The notes: generated by a model from the letters alone, not told the origin. Positions 45,761 to 56,088 are shown, counted from the stretch's first letter. The stretch is 64,000 bases of DNA from Bacteroidota bacterium (GCA_025350595.1 JANXXP010000202.1:13393-77392); one strand, 5' to 3'. Numbers and translations: made by a program.

Positions 45761-48004
45761 CTAACGAAAATCTTCGACCCTTCTAACATTTTCAATACCA
45801 TTGATATTTGAAATTTTCAGAATAAGATTGTTAAGGTCCTTTGTATGATGAACATATAAATCTATTTCCCCTTCAAATATTCCATTCTGAACAGATATAT
45901 TAATGTGGGTCATATTTACTTTAAGTTCTGAAGAGATAATATTCGTTATATCGTTTACGAGTCCGATCCTGTCGATCCCTGTCATGCTTATCCTTGCAAG
46001 GAAGGAAACAAGTTTATGGATTGCCCATTTAACTGCAATGATCCGGTTCCCTTCATTTGACATTATTCTGATTGCAACAGGACATTTAGGTTTATGTATT
46101 ATAATAGCACCTTCCGGTGAATGGTATCCCGTGACCTCATCACCGGGAATAGGGTTACAGCATTTTGCGATTTCGTAAGACTGTTCTGCATTATCAACAT
46201 TTTCTCTAAGTAGAAATGGAACACTGTTATCAATCTTATCCTTATTTAGTTCAGTATCTTTTTTTTCTTTTTTTGACCCAATCAGTTTTAGCTCCCAGTA
46301 TTTAATGACATTTTTTGGCGGTGTTTTATTTACTATTTTTTTCAGATTATTGAGGTTTATCGTGCCAAGTCCGATACCGGAATAAAGTTCATCTTTATTT
46401 AATACTTCAAATGAAGAAAGAAGATTCTTAAGAATTTCTGCATTTGAAGTAAGACCAAGTTCTTTTAATTTAAAATCAAGAATTTCCATCCCTTTCTGAA
46501 TGCTGTCTTTCGATTCATTTTTTAGTGCATTTTTAATCGCTTCCTTGGCTTTTGAGGTCCTGACAAACGACAGCCATTCTTTTTCAGGTTTCGCTATTTT
46601 GGAAGTTATTATTTCCACCTGGTCGCCACTCATTAGGATTGAGTTAATGGGATTTAGCTTATAATTTATTTTTGCACCAATGGCAATATTTCCAACCTCA
46701 GTATGTATTTCATATGCAAAATCAAGAGCAGATGCCCCTTTTGGCAGGCTGACCAGAGTTCCTTTAGGTGTAAAAACCATTATCTCAGAAGAGAAAAGGT
46801 TCATTTTGAACTCATCCAGAAACTCTATAGGATCTTCATGAGGATTCTCAAGCATCAGTCGGATTTTTTTAATCCATTTGTCGAGTTCACTTTCAGGCGC
46901 TTCATCTCCTTTATATTTCCAGTGAGCAGCATAACCCTTTTCTGCTATTTCATCCATGCGTTTACTTCTGATCTGAATCTCAACCCACTTACCTTCGGGC
47001 CCCATAACAGTAAGATGCAATGCCTCGTAACCATTTGGTTTAGGACGACTTACCCAGTCTCTAAGCCTGTCAGGCTTTGGTAAATATGAATCAGTTATAA
47101 TTGAGTAAATATTCCAGCATTGTGTTTTTTCAGGAATACCGGGTACAGGTTCAAATACTATCCTTACAGCCAGAACATCATAAACTTCTTCAAAAGGAAC
47201 ATTTTTTGCCTGCATCTTTTTCCAGATAGAAAATATAGATTTAGGTCTTCCGCTGATGTCGAATTTTAACCCTGCCAGAGTAAGTTTTTCAATTATAGGG
47301 AGAGAGAATTTATTTATCAGAGAGATATACTTTTTCTCACTGTGTTTTAACTTGGCTGCTATTTCCTCATAGATTTGAGGTTGCCGGAATTTAAAACTAA
47401 GATCTTCTAATTCGCTCTTAATTGCATATAATCCAAGCCTGTGAGCAAGAGGAGCATAAAGGAAAATTGTTTCACCGGCAACTTTCATCTTTTTATGCTC
47501 GGGCATCGAATCGAGAGTTCTCATGTTATGCAGACGGTCTGCAATTTTGATGAGAATTACTCTCAGATCATCAGAAAGGGTGAGCAACATCTTTCTGAAG
47601 TTTTCTGCCTGAAGTGAAGATGAATTTTCTTTATTGTAGGTACCTGATATTTTTGTAAGTCCGTCAATCAGTGAAGCTATCTTTGGATCAAAATCCCTCT
47701 CAACATCTTCAAGTGTATAATCAGTGTCCTCTACAACATCATGTAAAAGGGCAACTGCGATAGACTTTGCACCAAGACCAATCTCCTGATTTACTATTTT
47801 AGCAACAGAAATTGGATGAATAATATATGGTTCGCCTGATTTCCTCCTCATGTTCCAGTGAGCTTCATTGGCAATTTTAAATGCCTTGTCAATTATCTCC
47901 CTGTCTCCTGGTTTATTACACCTCAGTAGGTTATTTACAAGAGTATCATATTCAGATTGAATACGGTTTTTGTCTTCTTCATCAAAAATATCCTTGTTCC
48001 CCAT
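45761..48004 (-). CDS. spoT: Bifunctional (p)ppGpp synthetase/hydrolase (RelA/SpoT homologue)
   Basis: HD hydrolase motif (PYIIHPISVA...LLHDVVEDT), synthetase domain (RPKSIFSIWKKM...YEALHLTV...EIQIRSKRMD), TGS domain (VFTPKG..VSLPKGASALDFAY) and C-terminal ACT. I start at the ATG at 48004 (MGNKDIFDEED), because a -7 box overlaps the track's TTG start at 48034. Confidence 0.9.
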   Translation of the reverse strand: MGNKDIFDEEDKNRIQSEYDTLVNNLLRCNKPGDREIIDKAFKIANEAHWNMRRKSGEPYIIHPISVAKIVNQEIGLGAKSIAVALLHDVVEDTDYTLEDVERDFDPKIASLIDGLTKISGTYNKENSSSLQAENFRKMLLTLSDDLRVILIKIADRLHNMRTLDSMPEHKKMKVAGETIFLYAPLAHRLGLYAIKSELEDLSFKFRQPQIYEEIAAKLKHSEKKYISLINKFSLPIIEKLTLAGLKFDISGRPKSIFSIWKKMQAKNVPFEEVYDVLAVRIVFEPVPGIPEKTQCWNIYSIITDSYLPKPDRLRDWVSRPKPNGYEALHLTVMGPEGKWVEIQIRSKRMDEIAEKGYAAHWKYKGDEAPESELDKWIKKIRLMLENPHEDPIEFLDEFKMNLFSSEIMVFTPKGTLVSLPKGASALDFAYEIHTEVGNIAIGAKINYKLNPINSILMSGDQVEIITSKIAKPEKEWLSFVRTSKAKEAIKNALKNESKDSIQKGMEILDFKLKELGLTSNAEILKNLLSSFEVLNKDELYSGIGLGTINLNNLKKIVNKTPPKNVIKYWELKLIGSKKEKKDTELNKDKIDNSVPFLLRENVDNAEQSYEIAKCCNPIPGDEVTGYHSPEGAIIIHKPKCPVAIRIMSNEGNRIIAVKWAIHKLVSFLARISMTGIDRIGLVNDITNIISSELKVNMTHINISVQNGIFEGEIDLYVHHTKDLNNLILKISNINGIENVRRVEDFR

Positions 48005-48038
48005 AAATTTTCTCAGCAACTCATTTTTGTGCAAGATA

Positions 48039-48046
48039 CAAAGATA
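48039..48046 (-). promoter_or_regulatory. Candidate -7 box (TATCTTTG) for relA/spoT
   Basis: Minus-strand TATCTTTG lies 35 nt upstream of the ATG at 48004. Confidence 0.35.
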
Positions 48047-48117
48047 ACCTTTCCACAGTAAAGTTGGTGTAGAAAATGGGAAGGAACAGCTGTAAATTTA
48101 TATTTACTTGTAATTTG

Positions 48118-48249
48118 TCCCCAACCCCCCTAAAGGGGGGCTAATACTCTATATATATGATATTTACTTCCTCAGAGGATAACGGTGCAATGCTCCGTTG
48201 CGGTGAAAGAATTATAATCCCCTTTAGGTGGCAGGGGGTAAAAAAAAAG
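48118..48249. repeat. GC-run palindromic intergenic element, copy B
   Basis: Left arm is TCCCCAACCCCCCTAAAGGGGGG (48118..48140). Right arm is CCCCTTTAGGTGGCAGGGGG (48219..48238) followed by A9. The flanks AATTTG...(A)8-9G are shared with copy A (1551..1680). The core is different and carries its own hairpin AACGG-tgcaatgct-CCGTT. Confidence 0.75.
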
Positions 48250-48291
48250 TAAAAGATGAATTCTATTTATTTGTAATTAAGGAACATACAA

Positions 48292-49767
48292 TTAGTTTTT
48301 AATAAGTGTAACTGTTCCGGTTTTTGTTAAAGTCTTTCCTGAGGGGGTAGTAACTTTCAGAAACCATAAACAAACACCCTGTGGCTGAGGGGTACCTTTT
48401 TGAGAACCGTCCCATCTTGCCTGGTAATCAGAAGTCTCAAACAGAATACTTCCCTTTAAGTCGCTGATAATCAGGTGATAATTAACTGGGGTAAAGGAGA
48501 GTACCGGACGGAAATAATCATTTATGAGGTCATTATTGGGAGTGAAAGTATTGGGAACGGTAATGATCTCAGTAGGAACTGTACAAACTGTGGAGGAACG
48601 GCTTTGTCCTGTAATGCCATGAGGGTTAGATGCTTCTATTGCATTTATATAGAAACAAACATCACTTCCGCTTACTTCATACATAAGATCTTTGTACCCT
48701 AATCTCAGAGTTGTATCTGAAGGCAGAAGTGTCATCTTTTCTTCAAATCCTTTTCCTGTATTAATCCATAAATGATAAGCTGAAATAATACCATTCCAAT
48801 CTTTATATCCATTCCAGGAAAGGTTTAAATCGTTATCCTTCCTTTCTAATGATAAAACGATGTTTGAAGCGGAATTTGAAAATGTAACAGGCTTATTGCA
48901 GTTATTTATTGCTGAAAGCCGGTACAGGTATACAGAGTCGACTTTTGCCTTATTATCGGTAAATACAATTGAACCATTGACAGATATTATTTGTGCAATT
49001 TGCCTGAATGTATCCGGTAAACCATTTTTTCTTTCAAGCTTAAAATGAGTAATTTCCGAAAACGGATCAACAGTAAAGGAGAGCGAAATATTCTTGTCTG
49101 AAGTAATTGTTGCAAAGTCAGCATTGATCCAGACAGGTGGTCGCTGCATTTTTGTTGAGAGACAAGCTTTATTTGAGGTGGAATAGGTACCATCTTCAAG
49201 GTTCGCCCTTACAACGTAGCAAATATTTGCATTTGTTGTAAAGTCATTAAATGTATAAGCTGTCACATCCTTACTTAGGATAGTTGATTCAGTATAGGTG
49301 CCTCCATTTAAGGATACCAATACAGAATAGTTTAGAACTGCTGATGGAACAGAAGTATAGCTATTCCATGATACAGTAATCTTATTTTCACAGGTGTCAA
49401 TAACTGCCTTTGCAAATATAGTATTGATGACATTTGAAAAGGTACTGATACAAGGAGGTATTCGCATAGCTGTGACAACGTACGAAACACTTGAATACCG
49501 GGAAGCTGTGTTTGAAATTGTATATCTGATTGCTGCAGGATTCCACAAAGTGTCAATGGGGATACCATCGCCATTTGTGTATGAATAGACAATATAGGCT
49601 GCAATATCTACTGAGGGACTTGAAGTCCAGTTTAAATCTGTCTTACCTGTTTCTGGTTGTACTGAAACGTTTTTCAGAACAGGTGGAATAGGATGAGGGC
49701 AATTCTGAGAATACACGCTGTTATACCAAAAACAAGATAAAACAGAAATAACAAACCATTTTTTCAT
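48292..49767 (-). CDS. Secreted FN3/Ig-like repeat protein with T9SS type-B C-terminal sorting domain
   Basis: 491 aa with a signal peptide (FVISVLSCFWYNSVYSQ). The C-terminal region reads VPNTFTPNNDLINDYFRPV...ISDLKGSILFET...ARWDGSQKGTPQPQGVCLWFLKV. Confidence 0.8.
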   Translation of the reverse strand: MKKWFVISVLSCFWYNSVYSQNCPHPIPPVLKNVSVQPETGKTDLNWTSSPSVDIAAYIVYSYTNGDGIPIDTLWNPAAIRYTISNTASRYSSVSYVVTAMRIPPCISTFSNVINTIFAKAVIDTCENKITVSWNSYTSVPSAVLNYSVLVSLNGGTYTESTILSKDVTAYTFNDFTTNANICYVVRANLEDGTYSTSNKACLSTKMQRPPVWINADFATITSDKNISLSFTVDPFSEITHFKLERKNGLPDTFRQIAQIISVNGSIVFTDNKAKVDSVYLYRLSAINNCNKPVTFSNSASNIVLSLERKDNDLNLSWNGYKDWNGIISAYHLWINTGKGFEEKMTLLPSDTTLRLGYKDLMYEVSGSDVCFYINAIEASNPHGITGQSRSSTVCTVPTEIITVPNTFTPNNDLINDYFRPVLSFTPVNYHLIISDLKGSILFETSDYQARWDGSQKGTPQPQGVCLWFLKVTTPSGKTLTKTGTVTLIKN

Positions 49768-51044
49768 TTTGCACCTACTGTGACCTGATAAAGTTCGTCA
49801 ATATTGTAATATGTTTTTGCAAGTTCAATTATTTCGTCTGGTTCTATAGTTCTAATTTTCTCAACAAGATTGTAGTAATAACTATTATCAAGTCCAAATT
49901 CCCATGCTGATTTAAAACTTTCAGCAAGTGCAAATGGCCCATCGAACATTCTTAACATTTCACCAGACATAAAATTTCGCACAACAGCTAACTCTTCTTT
50001 CTCCAGCGGAACACTCTGAAGAAGACGGATCTCCTTATGAATTTCATCGATAGCTGAATAAAGGTTTTTCTTACCTACTTCTGTTGAAATAGTTTTATAT
50101 CCGCTAAGATCAAGGGAAGATACTGAAGAGCCAATTCCATAGGTATAGCCTTTTTCTTCACGTATATTTTTCATGAGCCTTGAACCGAAATATCCTCCCA
50201 GAACTGAATCGAGGATCTTTAGACCAGGGTAGTCAGGGTGACGTTTGTTAATAGTAGAGGAACCTATACGTATAGCTGACTGAACAGTACCCGCTTTATT
50301 AATATGTATTTTTTTCTTTCTTTCACCTTTAATAACATTCTCCGAATCTTCAATATAAATATTCTTTGAAGAAAGATCACCAAAATATTCATTAAGCAGG
50401 CTTGTTGTCCTTTCATGAATTTTTCCTGTCACAATAATTGCCATTTTATCAGGAGTATAATACTTGCCGTGAAAATCTTCAAGTAGTACCTGACTCATCC
50501 CGGTAAAATCGTGTTCAGTCACCTGATGCCCATATGGATGGTTTTTTCCGAAAACAGATTCAAAAAACTGATCGATTGCAATATTCTGAACTTTTTCTCT
50601 GTTCACATGAAACCATCTTAGCCTTTTTTTCATAAGTGAGTTAAGTTCTGTTTCAGGAAATGTCGGGCGGAACAATATTTCACGGCTTAGTTCCAGAACT
50701 TTTTCAATGTGTTTATTCAGGAAAAACAGGACAATTCCTGCCCGGTCCTTTTCAGCAGACATATTTAGAAATGCCCCGTGATAATCGAGTACTCTGTTTA
50801 GCTCTTCAGAACTGTAATTCTGTGAACCTTCTGAAAGCATTCTGTTTGTTGTGGATGCCAGTAGAGGAAGATCTTCATTTACCTGTCCTGCCTTGAAAGA
50901 GAACTCAAGCCGCATTATATCTTCTGTTCCTGCTTCAATCAGATATACCGGAACACCATTACTCAACATAAATGATTTTGCTTCAGGAATGACTATCTTA
51001 TCAGCTGGGAAAACCGGAGGCTGTATTCTTTGCAGACTATTCAT
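49764..51044 (-). CDS. M16-family peptidase, non-catalytic-type subunit
   Basis: 426 aa. It has the M16 fold pattern but lacks the HxxEH zinc motif. Its start shares 1 nt with the stop of the catalytic subunit, and its stop overlaps the T9SS cargo start by 4 nt. Confidence 0.75.
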   Translation of the reverse strand: MNSLQRIQPPVFPADKIVIPEAKSFMLSNGVPVYLIEAGTEDIMRLEFSFKAGQVNEDLPLLASTTNRMLSEGSQNYSSEELNRVLDYHGAFLNMSAEKDRAGIVLFFLNKHIEKVLELSREILFRPTFPETELNSLMKKRLRWFHVNREKVQNIAIDQFFESVFGKNHPYGHQVTEHDFTGMSQVLLEDFHGKYYTPDKMAIIVTGKIHERTTSLLNEYFGDLSSKNIYIEDSENVIKGERKKKIHINKAGTVQSAIRIGSSTINKRHPDYPGLKILDSVLGGYFGSRLMKNIREEKGYTYGIGSSVSSLDLSGYKTISTEVGKKNLYSAIDEIHKEIRLLQSVPLEKEELAVVRNFMSGEMLRMFDGPFALAESFKSAWEFGLDNSYYYNLVEKIRTIEPDEIIELAKTYYNIDELYQVTVGAK

Positions 51045-52291
51045 TATTTCTCTTTTCTGGTTGATTTGTAATAAATTGTGCTACAGTTTGAAGGGACAAA
51101 ATACCTCCTCGTTGCTTCAAGCATCATCTCAGGTGTTACCTTTCTGTATGAATCAACCTCCTGGTTAATTAATCCCGCATTTCCAAGAAGTTCGCAGAAG
51201 GATAGATTCATAGCTTTGTTTAATATACTTGTGTTAGAAAAGACAGATGAAGATTCAAATTTATTTTTAACTTTTTCCATTTCATCACTTATCCTGTCTC
51301 CGTTTAACAGGCTTGCAATTACATCATTAACAGCCTCTTCAGCATGTTGCATATCAACGCCTTTCATTAACTTACCATGAATGGTTATAAGTCCTGGATC
51401 AATATCTGAACTAATATATGCGTTAATTTCGCTGAATAACTTCTTCTCCCTTACCAGTTTTGTATGCAATCTACCGGATTCCCCTCCGGCCAAAAGGTCT
51501 GTTATCAGATCAAGAGTAAAAAAATCTGTATCGTTTCTTGTACCAACGTGCCAAACCTTAAAAAGTGCATTTGAGGGTACATCCTTTTCAATAATCAGAA
51601 TTCTTTCTTCAGTCTGTAACGGCTCGACCGGCAAGTTTCTCAACTTAACATTTCTCATTTCTATTGGACCGAACCATTTTTGTGTTAAGTTGAAAGCAAG
51701 ATCATAAGTTATATTTCCCGCAAGTGTGATAATTGCATTATTTGGTGCATAATGTGCGAAGAAGAACTTTTTAATCTGTTCAAGTTCAGTATTCTTAATG
51801 TGCGACATATCCATTCCAATTGTAGGCCAGCGGTATGGATGTACCTTATAAGCAAGTGGCCGGAGTTTTAGCATCGCATCACCATAAGGCTGATTCAAAT
51901 AACGTTGGTTGAATTCTTCTATTACTACATTTTTTTGTGTATCGAGATTCTTTTGAGAAAAATCAAGTTCCAGCATCCTGTCTGATTCGAGCCAGAAACC
52001 GGTTTCAATATTTTGTGACGGGATAGTAAGATAGTAATTGGTAATATCATTATTTGTAAATGCATTATTCTCTCCTCCAACAAGTTGCAGTGGTGTATCA
52101 TAATCCGGTATGTTCTTTGAACCTCCAAACATCAAATGTTCAAATAGGTGAGCAAGACCTGTCATGTCCGGATCCTCGTCTCTTGATCCAACATCGTACA
52201 AGACATTCATAGCTACAAGAGGAGTAGATGTATCCTCATGCACCAGAACCCTTAGCCCGTTGTCAAGAGAGAATTTTTTATAATCTATCAT
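51044..52291 (-). CDS. M16-family zinc peptidase (pitrilysin-like), catalytic subunit
   Basis: 415 aa. The inverted zinc motif is GLAHLFEHLMFGGS (HxxEH), with a downstream ENNAFT (Glu ligand region). Confidence 0.82.
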   Translation of the reverse strand: MIDYKKFSLDNGLRVLVHEDTSTPLVAMNVLYDVGSRDEDPDMTGLAHLFEHLMFGGSKNIPDYDTPLQLVGGENNAFTNNDITNYYLTIPSQNIETGFWLESDRMLELDFSQKNLDTQKNVVIEEFNQRYLNQPYGDAMLKLRPLAYKVHPYRWPTIGMDMSHIKNTELEQIKKFFFAHYAPNNAIITLAGNITYDLAFNLTQKWFGPIEMRNVKLRNLPVEPLQTEERILIIEKDVPSNALFKVWHVGTRNDTDFFTLDLITDLLAGGESGRLHTKLVREKKLFSEINAYISSDIDPGLITIHGKLMKGVDMQHAEEAVNDVIASLLNGDRISDEMEKVKNKFESSSVFSNTSILNKAMNLSFCELLGNAGLINQEVDSYRKVTPEMMLEATRRYFVPSNCSTIYYKSTRKEK

Positions 52292-52330
52292 TTAATATAT
52301 TATCTACCAATTGTTAATCTTTTCTGTTGA

Positions 52331-52338
52331 CAAACTTA
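52331..52338 (-). promoter_or_regulatory. Candidate -7 box (TAAGTTTG) for the M16 operon
   Basis: Minus-strand TAAGTTTG lies 39 nt upstream of the ATG at 52291. Confidence 0.35.
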
Positions 52339-52370
52339 ATTAAAAAACAATGAAGGATTAGTATTGTTTT

Positions 52371-52378
52371 TATATTTG
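52371..52378 (+). promoter_or_regulatory. Candidate -7 box (TATATTTG) for the ClC gene
   Basis: Matches TAnnTTTG only 7 nt before the ATG at 52386. This would imply a near-leaderless mRNA, so it is tentative. Confidence 0.25.
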
Positions 52379-52385
52379 CATAATT

Positions 52386-54161
52386 ATGTTCAGAAATCAC
52401 TCTTTCAGAAAATTTTTTCATTCCAGTTTAGTCGAGGTTGATCAGGTTAAGTTAGTGTATTTTCTAAGTCTGGTAGTAGGATTGCTTAGCGCCCTTGCTG
52501 CCGCATTACTTAAAAATGCGATTCATCTTACCCATAAGATACTTACTCAGGGGATAAATGGTTCCGCGGGTAATTATCTCTATTTGCTATATCCATTAAT
52601 AGGGATGTTCCTGACATTATTGTTCGTAAAATATATTGTAAAAGATAAAATAGGGCATGGCATAAGCAGAATTCTTTTTGCAATCTCTAAAAGGAAAAGT
52701 TTTTTAAAAGCACATAACACCTGGACGTCAATTGTTGCAAGCACACTTACTATTGGTTTTGGAGGATCTGTTGGTGCTGAAGCCCCGATTGTACTTACTG
52801 GATCGTCTATTGGTTCCACTCTGGGAAGACTTTTTAAACTTAATTATAAAAATATAACACTGCTTATCGGTTGCGGGGCAGCCGGAGCTGTTTCCGGAAT
52901 TTTTAAAGCACCAATTGCAGGTATAGTCTTCACTCTTGAGATTCTTATGCTCGATCTTACCATATCATCTATCGTACCGCTTTTAATCTCTTCCGTAACT
53001 GCCGCAACGGTTGCTTATTTTTTGATGGGAGATACAGTCTTATTTACATTTAATGTCGTTGAAGCTTTTAATATATCAAATATACCCTGGTATATACTGC
53101 TTGGTATTGTTTCAGGAATGATCTCCCTTTACTTTTCCAAAATGACACTTTTTCTTGAGGGAAGTTATGAAAAAATCAAAAATATTTACTTGCGGCTTAT
53201 TCTTGGAGGGATAGTACTTGGCGGACTTATCTATTTGTTTCCTCCTTTTTTTGGGGAAGGATATGATACTATAATGTCACTGCTACTGGGAAATTCAGAT
53301 ATGGTTTTAAATAATTCTGTATTCCCGAGTTTTTCTGACAATTATATGGTTATGATCCTGTTCATGCTGGGTCTGGTTTTGCTGAAAGTTGTAGCAAGCA
53401 GTTCCACAAACGGAGCAGGAGGCGTAGGAGGGATATTCGCTCCTACATTATTCCTGGGTGGTATAAATGGATTTTTTGTTGCCAGTCTTTTAAAAAGGTT
53501 TGTGAGTGTCGATCTTCCTGATAACAGGTTTGTACTGGTTGGAATGGCAGGCATGATGGCAGGTGTTATGCACGCTCCACTGACAGCTATCTTCCTGATT
53601 GCAGAAATTACGGGTGGTTATAATTTACTTATCCCACTAATCATTACCTCAACAGTTGCGTATATTACAACCAGAAGTTTTGAAAAACATTCAATATATC
53701 ATGTTCAGCTTGCTGAACGTGGGGAGCTGATTACACATGATAAGGATAAAGCAGTAATGACCAGGATGAACTGGAAGAAGGAGATAGAAACTGATTTGAA
53801 TAAAGTAAAACCAACGTCTACTCTTGGTGACCTGGTTAGTATTATAGCAAAATCGAAAAGAAATCTGTTCCCTGTTGTTGATGAATATAATATTCTGGAA
53901 GGGGTTGTATCTCTTGATGATGTTAGGGAAATAATGTTTCAGCAGGAATTATATGAAACAACCATCATGAGAGATGTTATGACAATTCCTCCATCATACA
54001 TTGATATGAAGGAAAGTATTGAAACAGTGATGGAAACGTTTAGAAAAACTGGTGCATGGAATCTGCCCGTACTTAATAATGGCTATTACGTAGGTTTCAT
54101 TTCCAAATCCAGGATATTTTCAACTTACCGTGAACTACTTATCGAGTTTTCAGATGAATAG
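52386..54161 (+). CDS. ClC-family chloride channel/antiporter with C-terminal CBS pair
   Basis: 591 aa and multi-TM. GFGGSVGAEAPIV (GxEGP-type selectivity segment), GIFKAPIAG, GGIFAPTLFLG. The C-terminal ~140 aa has two CBS-like repeats (LFPVVDEYNILEGVVSLDDV; NLPVLNNGYYVGFISKSRI). Confidence 0.85.
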   Translation: MFRNHSFRKFFHSSLVEVDQVKLVYFLSLVVGLLSALAAALLKNAIHLTHKILTQGINGSAGNYLYLLYPLIGMFLTLLFVKYIVKDKIGHGISRILFAISKRKSFLKAHNTWTSIVASTLTIGFGGSVGAEAPIVLTGSSIGSTLGRLFKLNYKNITLLIGCGAAGAVSGIFKAPIAGIVFTLEILMLDLTISSIVPLLISSVTAATVAYFLMGDTVLFTFNVVEAFNISNIPWYILLGIVSGMISLYFSKMTLFLEGSYEKIKNIYLRLILGGIVLGGLIYLFPPFFGEGYDTIMSLLLGNSDMVLNNSVFPSFSDNYMVMILFMLGLVLLKVVASSSTNGAGGVGGIFAPTLFLGGINGFFVASLLKRFVSVDLPDNRFVLVGMAGMMAGVMHAPLTAIFLIAEITGGYNLLIPLIITSTVAYITTRSFEKHSIYHVQLAERGELITHDKDKAVMTRMNWKKEIETDLNKVKPTSTLGDLVSIIAKSKRNLFPVVDEYNILEGVVSLDDVREIMFQQELYETTIMRDVMTIPPSYIDMKESIETVMETFRKTGAWNLPVLNNGYYVGFISKSRIFSTYRELLIEFSDE

Positions 54162-54182
54162 AAATCTTTTAAATTATATAAA

Positions 54183-55463
54183 ATGAAAAGAGATATTGTA
54201 ATTTTTGACCTTATTGAAAAGGAACGTCAGCGTCAGATAAATGGCATTGAGTTAATAGCTTCAGAAAATTTTGTAAGCCCTCAGGTCCTTGAAGCAATGG
54301 GTTCGGTTATGACAAATAAATATGCTGAAGGTTATCCCGGTAACCGATACTATGGTGGATGTGAAATAGTTGACCAGTCTGAACAGATCGCTATTGACAG
54401 GCTGAAGCAGTTATTTAACGCCGAATATGCAAACGTTCAACCCCATTCTGGCGCCCAGGCGAATATGTCGGTTTTCATGACTGTGCTTAAGGCAGGTGAT
54501 ACTTTCATGGGATTAAATCTGGCTCACGGAGGACATCTGTCACATGGATCTCCAGTTAACTCTTCAGGTTTGTTTTACAAGCCGGTTGCCTATAGTGTAA
54601 AAGAGGAAACAGGGCTTGTTGATTATGACATGATGGAAGATATTGCCCTGAAGGAAAAGCCAAAAATGATAATAGGAGGAGCTTCTGCATATTCAAGGGA
54701 ATGGGATTATGAAAGGATGAGAAAGATCGCGGATATGATAGGTGCAATTTTTATGGTTGATATGGCACATCCGGCTGGTTTAATTGCTGCAGGACTCTTG
54801 AAAAACCCGTTGAAATATGCTCATATTGTAACCTCAACTACACACAAAACACTTCGGGGCCCAAGAGGCGGTATAATACTTATGGGCAAGGATTTTGTGA
54901 ATCCATGGGGTATTAAGACATCAAAAGGGGAAGTCAGAATGATGTCATCTCTATTGAATTCTGCTGTTTTTCCAGGTATTCAGGGTGGGCCATTGGAGCA
55001 TGTAATTGCCTCAAAAGCAGTATCTTTCGGTGAAGCTCTCGATCCGGCATTTGGAGAATATCAGCTGAGGGTAAAAAAGAATGCAGTAGTAATGGCAAAA
55101 GCTTTTATGAATAAAGGTTACAAGGTTATTTCTGATGGAACCGATAACCACCTTATGTTAATCGATCTCAGAACTAAATTTCCTGAAATTTCCGGGAAGA
55201 AGGTCGAAAATACTCTTGTTCGCTCACATATTACCGTAAACAAAAATATGGTCCCTTTTGACAGCCGCTCCCCATTTCTTACCTCAGGGTTAAGAGTTGG
55301 CACTCCGGCTGTTACAACCCGTGGACTTAACGAAGAACACATGGGAGTGATTGTTGATCTTATCGATGAAGTAATTTCAAATATTGAAAATGAAGCTGTT
55401 ATCGCAAGAGTAGGAGAGAAAGTTGTTCAAATGATGAAGAATTTTCCCCTCTTCTCAATGTAA
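54183..55463 (+). CDS. glyA: Serine hydroxymethyltransferase
   Basis: 426 aa. [25 protein letters not shown], and the PLP-lysine motif [15 protein letters not shown]. Confidence 0.94.
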   Translation: MKRDIVIFDLIEKERQRQINGIELIASENFVSPQVLEAMGSVMTNKYAEGYPGNRYYGGCEIVDQSEQIAIDRLKQLFNAEYANVQPHSGAQANMSVFMTVLKAGDTFMGLNLAHGGHLSHGSPVNSSGLFYKPVAYSVKEETGLVDYDMMEDIALKEKPKMIIGGASAYSREWDYERMRKIADMIGAIFMVDMAHPAGLIAAGLLKNPLKYAHIVTSTTHKTLRGPRGGIILMGKDFVNPWGIKTSKGEVRMMSSLLNSAVFPGIQGGPLEHVIASKAVSFGEALDPAFGEYQLRVKKNAVVMAKAFMNKGYKVISDGTDNHLMLIDLRTKFPEISGKKVENTLVRSHITVNKNMVPFDSRSPFLTSGLRVGTPAVTTRGLNEEHMGVIVDLIDEVISNIENEAVIARVGEKVVQMMKNFPLFSM

Positions 55464-55471
55464 TTATCAGG

Positions 55472-55524
55472 TAAGACAAAAGACAAGCACTTTCACTTCG
55501 CTTCGACTTTTGTCTTTTGTCTTA
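55472..55524 (+). terminator. Long perfect hairpin after glyA (probable terminator)
   Basis: TAAGACAAAAGACAA (55472..55486) pairs perfectly with TTGTCTTTTGTCTTA (55510..55524), a 15-bp stem with a 23-nt loop. The following sequence AATTTCAAACTTTT is only moderately T-rich. Confidence 0.5.
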
Positions 55525-55579
55525 ATTTCAAACTTTTCCATTTTTACATTTGCCTATCTGAATTATTGAATATTTATTC

Positions 55580-55587
55580 TAACTTTG
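55580..55587 (+). promoter_or_regulatory. Candidate -7 box (TAACTTTG) for the response-regulator gene
   Basis: Matches TAnnTTTG 27 nt upstream of the ATG at 55615. Confidence 0.35.
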
Positions 55588-55614
55588 TAAGAGGCTTAAT
55601 AAAATATTCTATAG

Positions 55615-56004
55615 ATGAGTGTCCAGAAACTTATATTTATTGTTGATGACGATCCTTTTATCAACATGTTGGTTGTTAAACGGTTTACATCTGAAGGTTA
55701 CCGGCTAGAGGCATTTGCTTATGGAGAAGATTGTTTAAAAGCTTTAGATCACTCACCAGATCTTATTATTCTCGACTATTTCTTTGTTAATGGAGGCAAA
55801 GAGGTAATGAATGGAATGGAAGTTTTTGACAGGATAAAGGAAGTAATGCCTGATGTACCAGTTATTATGCTTTCAGGCCAGGAAAGGGGAGAAATAGTTC
55901 TTGAACTTGCCAGAAAAGGGATCGATGATTATATCATCAAAGACAATAATCTGATTGATAACCTGCATGTTGCAATAAAGGAATTATTTGATAAAAGCAA
56001 TTAA
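55615..56004 (+). CDS. Stand-alone response-regulator receiver domain (CheY-like)
   Basis: 129 aa. IFIVDDDPF... DLIILDYFF (phospho-acceptor Asp) ...MLSGQ...DDYIIK. No output domain. Confidence 0.8.
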   Translation: MSVQKLIFIVDDDPFINMLVVKRFTSEGYRLEAFAYGEDCLKALDHSPDLIILDYFFVNGGKEVMNGMEVFDRIKEVMPDVPVIMLSGQERGEIVLELARKGIDDYIIKDNNLIDNLHVAIKELFDKSN

Positions 56005-56088
56005 ATCCTTGTGTAGTGGATGGTCGAGGCCGTTCACTTCACAATTCAACCTTTCCCAACAATATTCAACCCATTAACCCAATAAAAT

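Noticed and set aside
52292-52385. Fluoride riboswitch upstream of the ClC gene
   Set aside because: Only a short CTACC resemblance is present. The conserved crcB-motif helices and the GATG...CTGATGATGCC-type elements are missing, and the space (94 nt shared with a divergent promoter) is too small. The ClC has CBS domains, as in canonical ClC channels and unlike the ClC-F clade.
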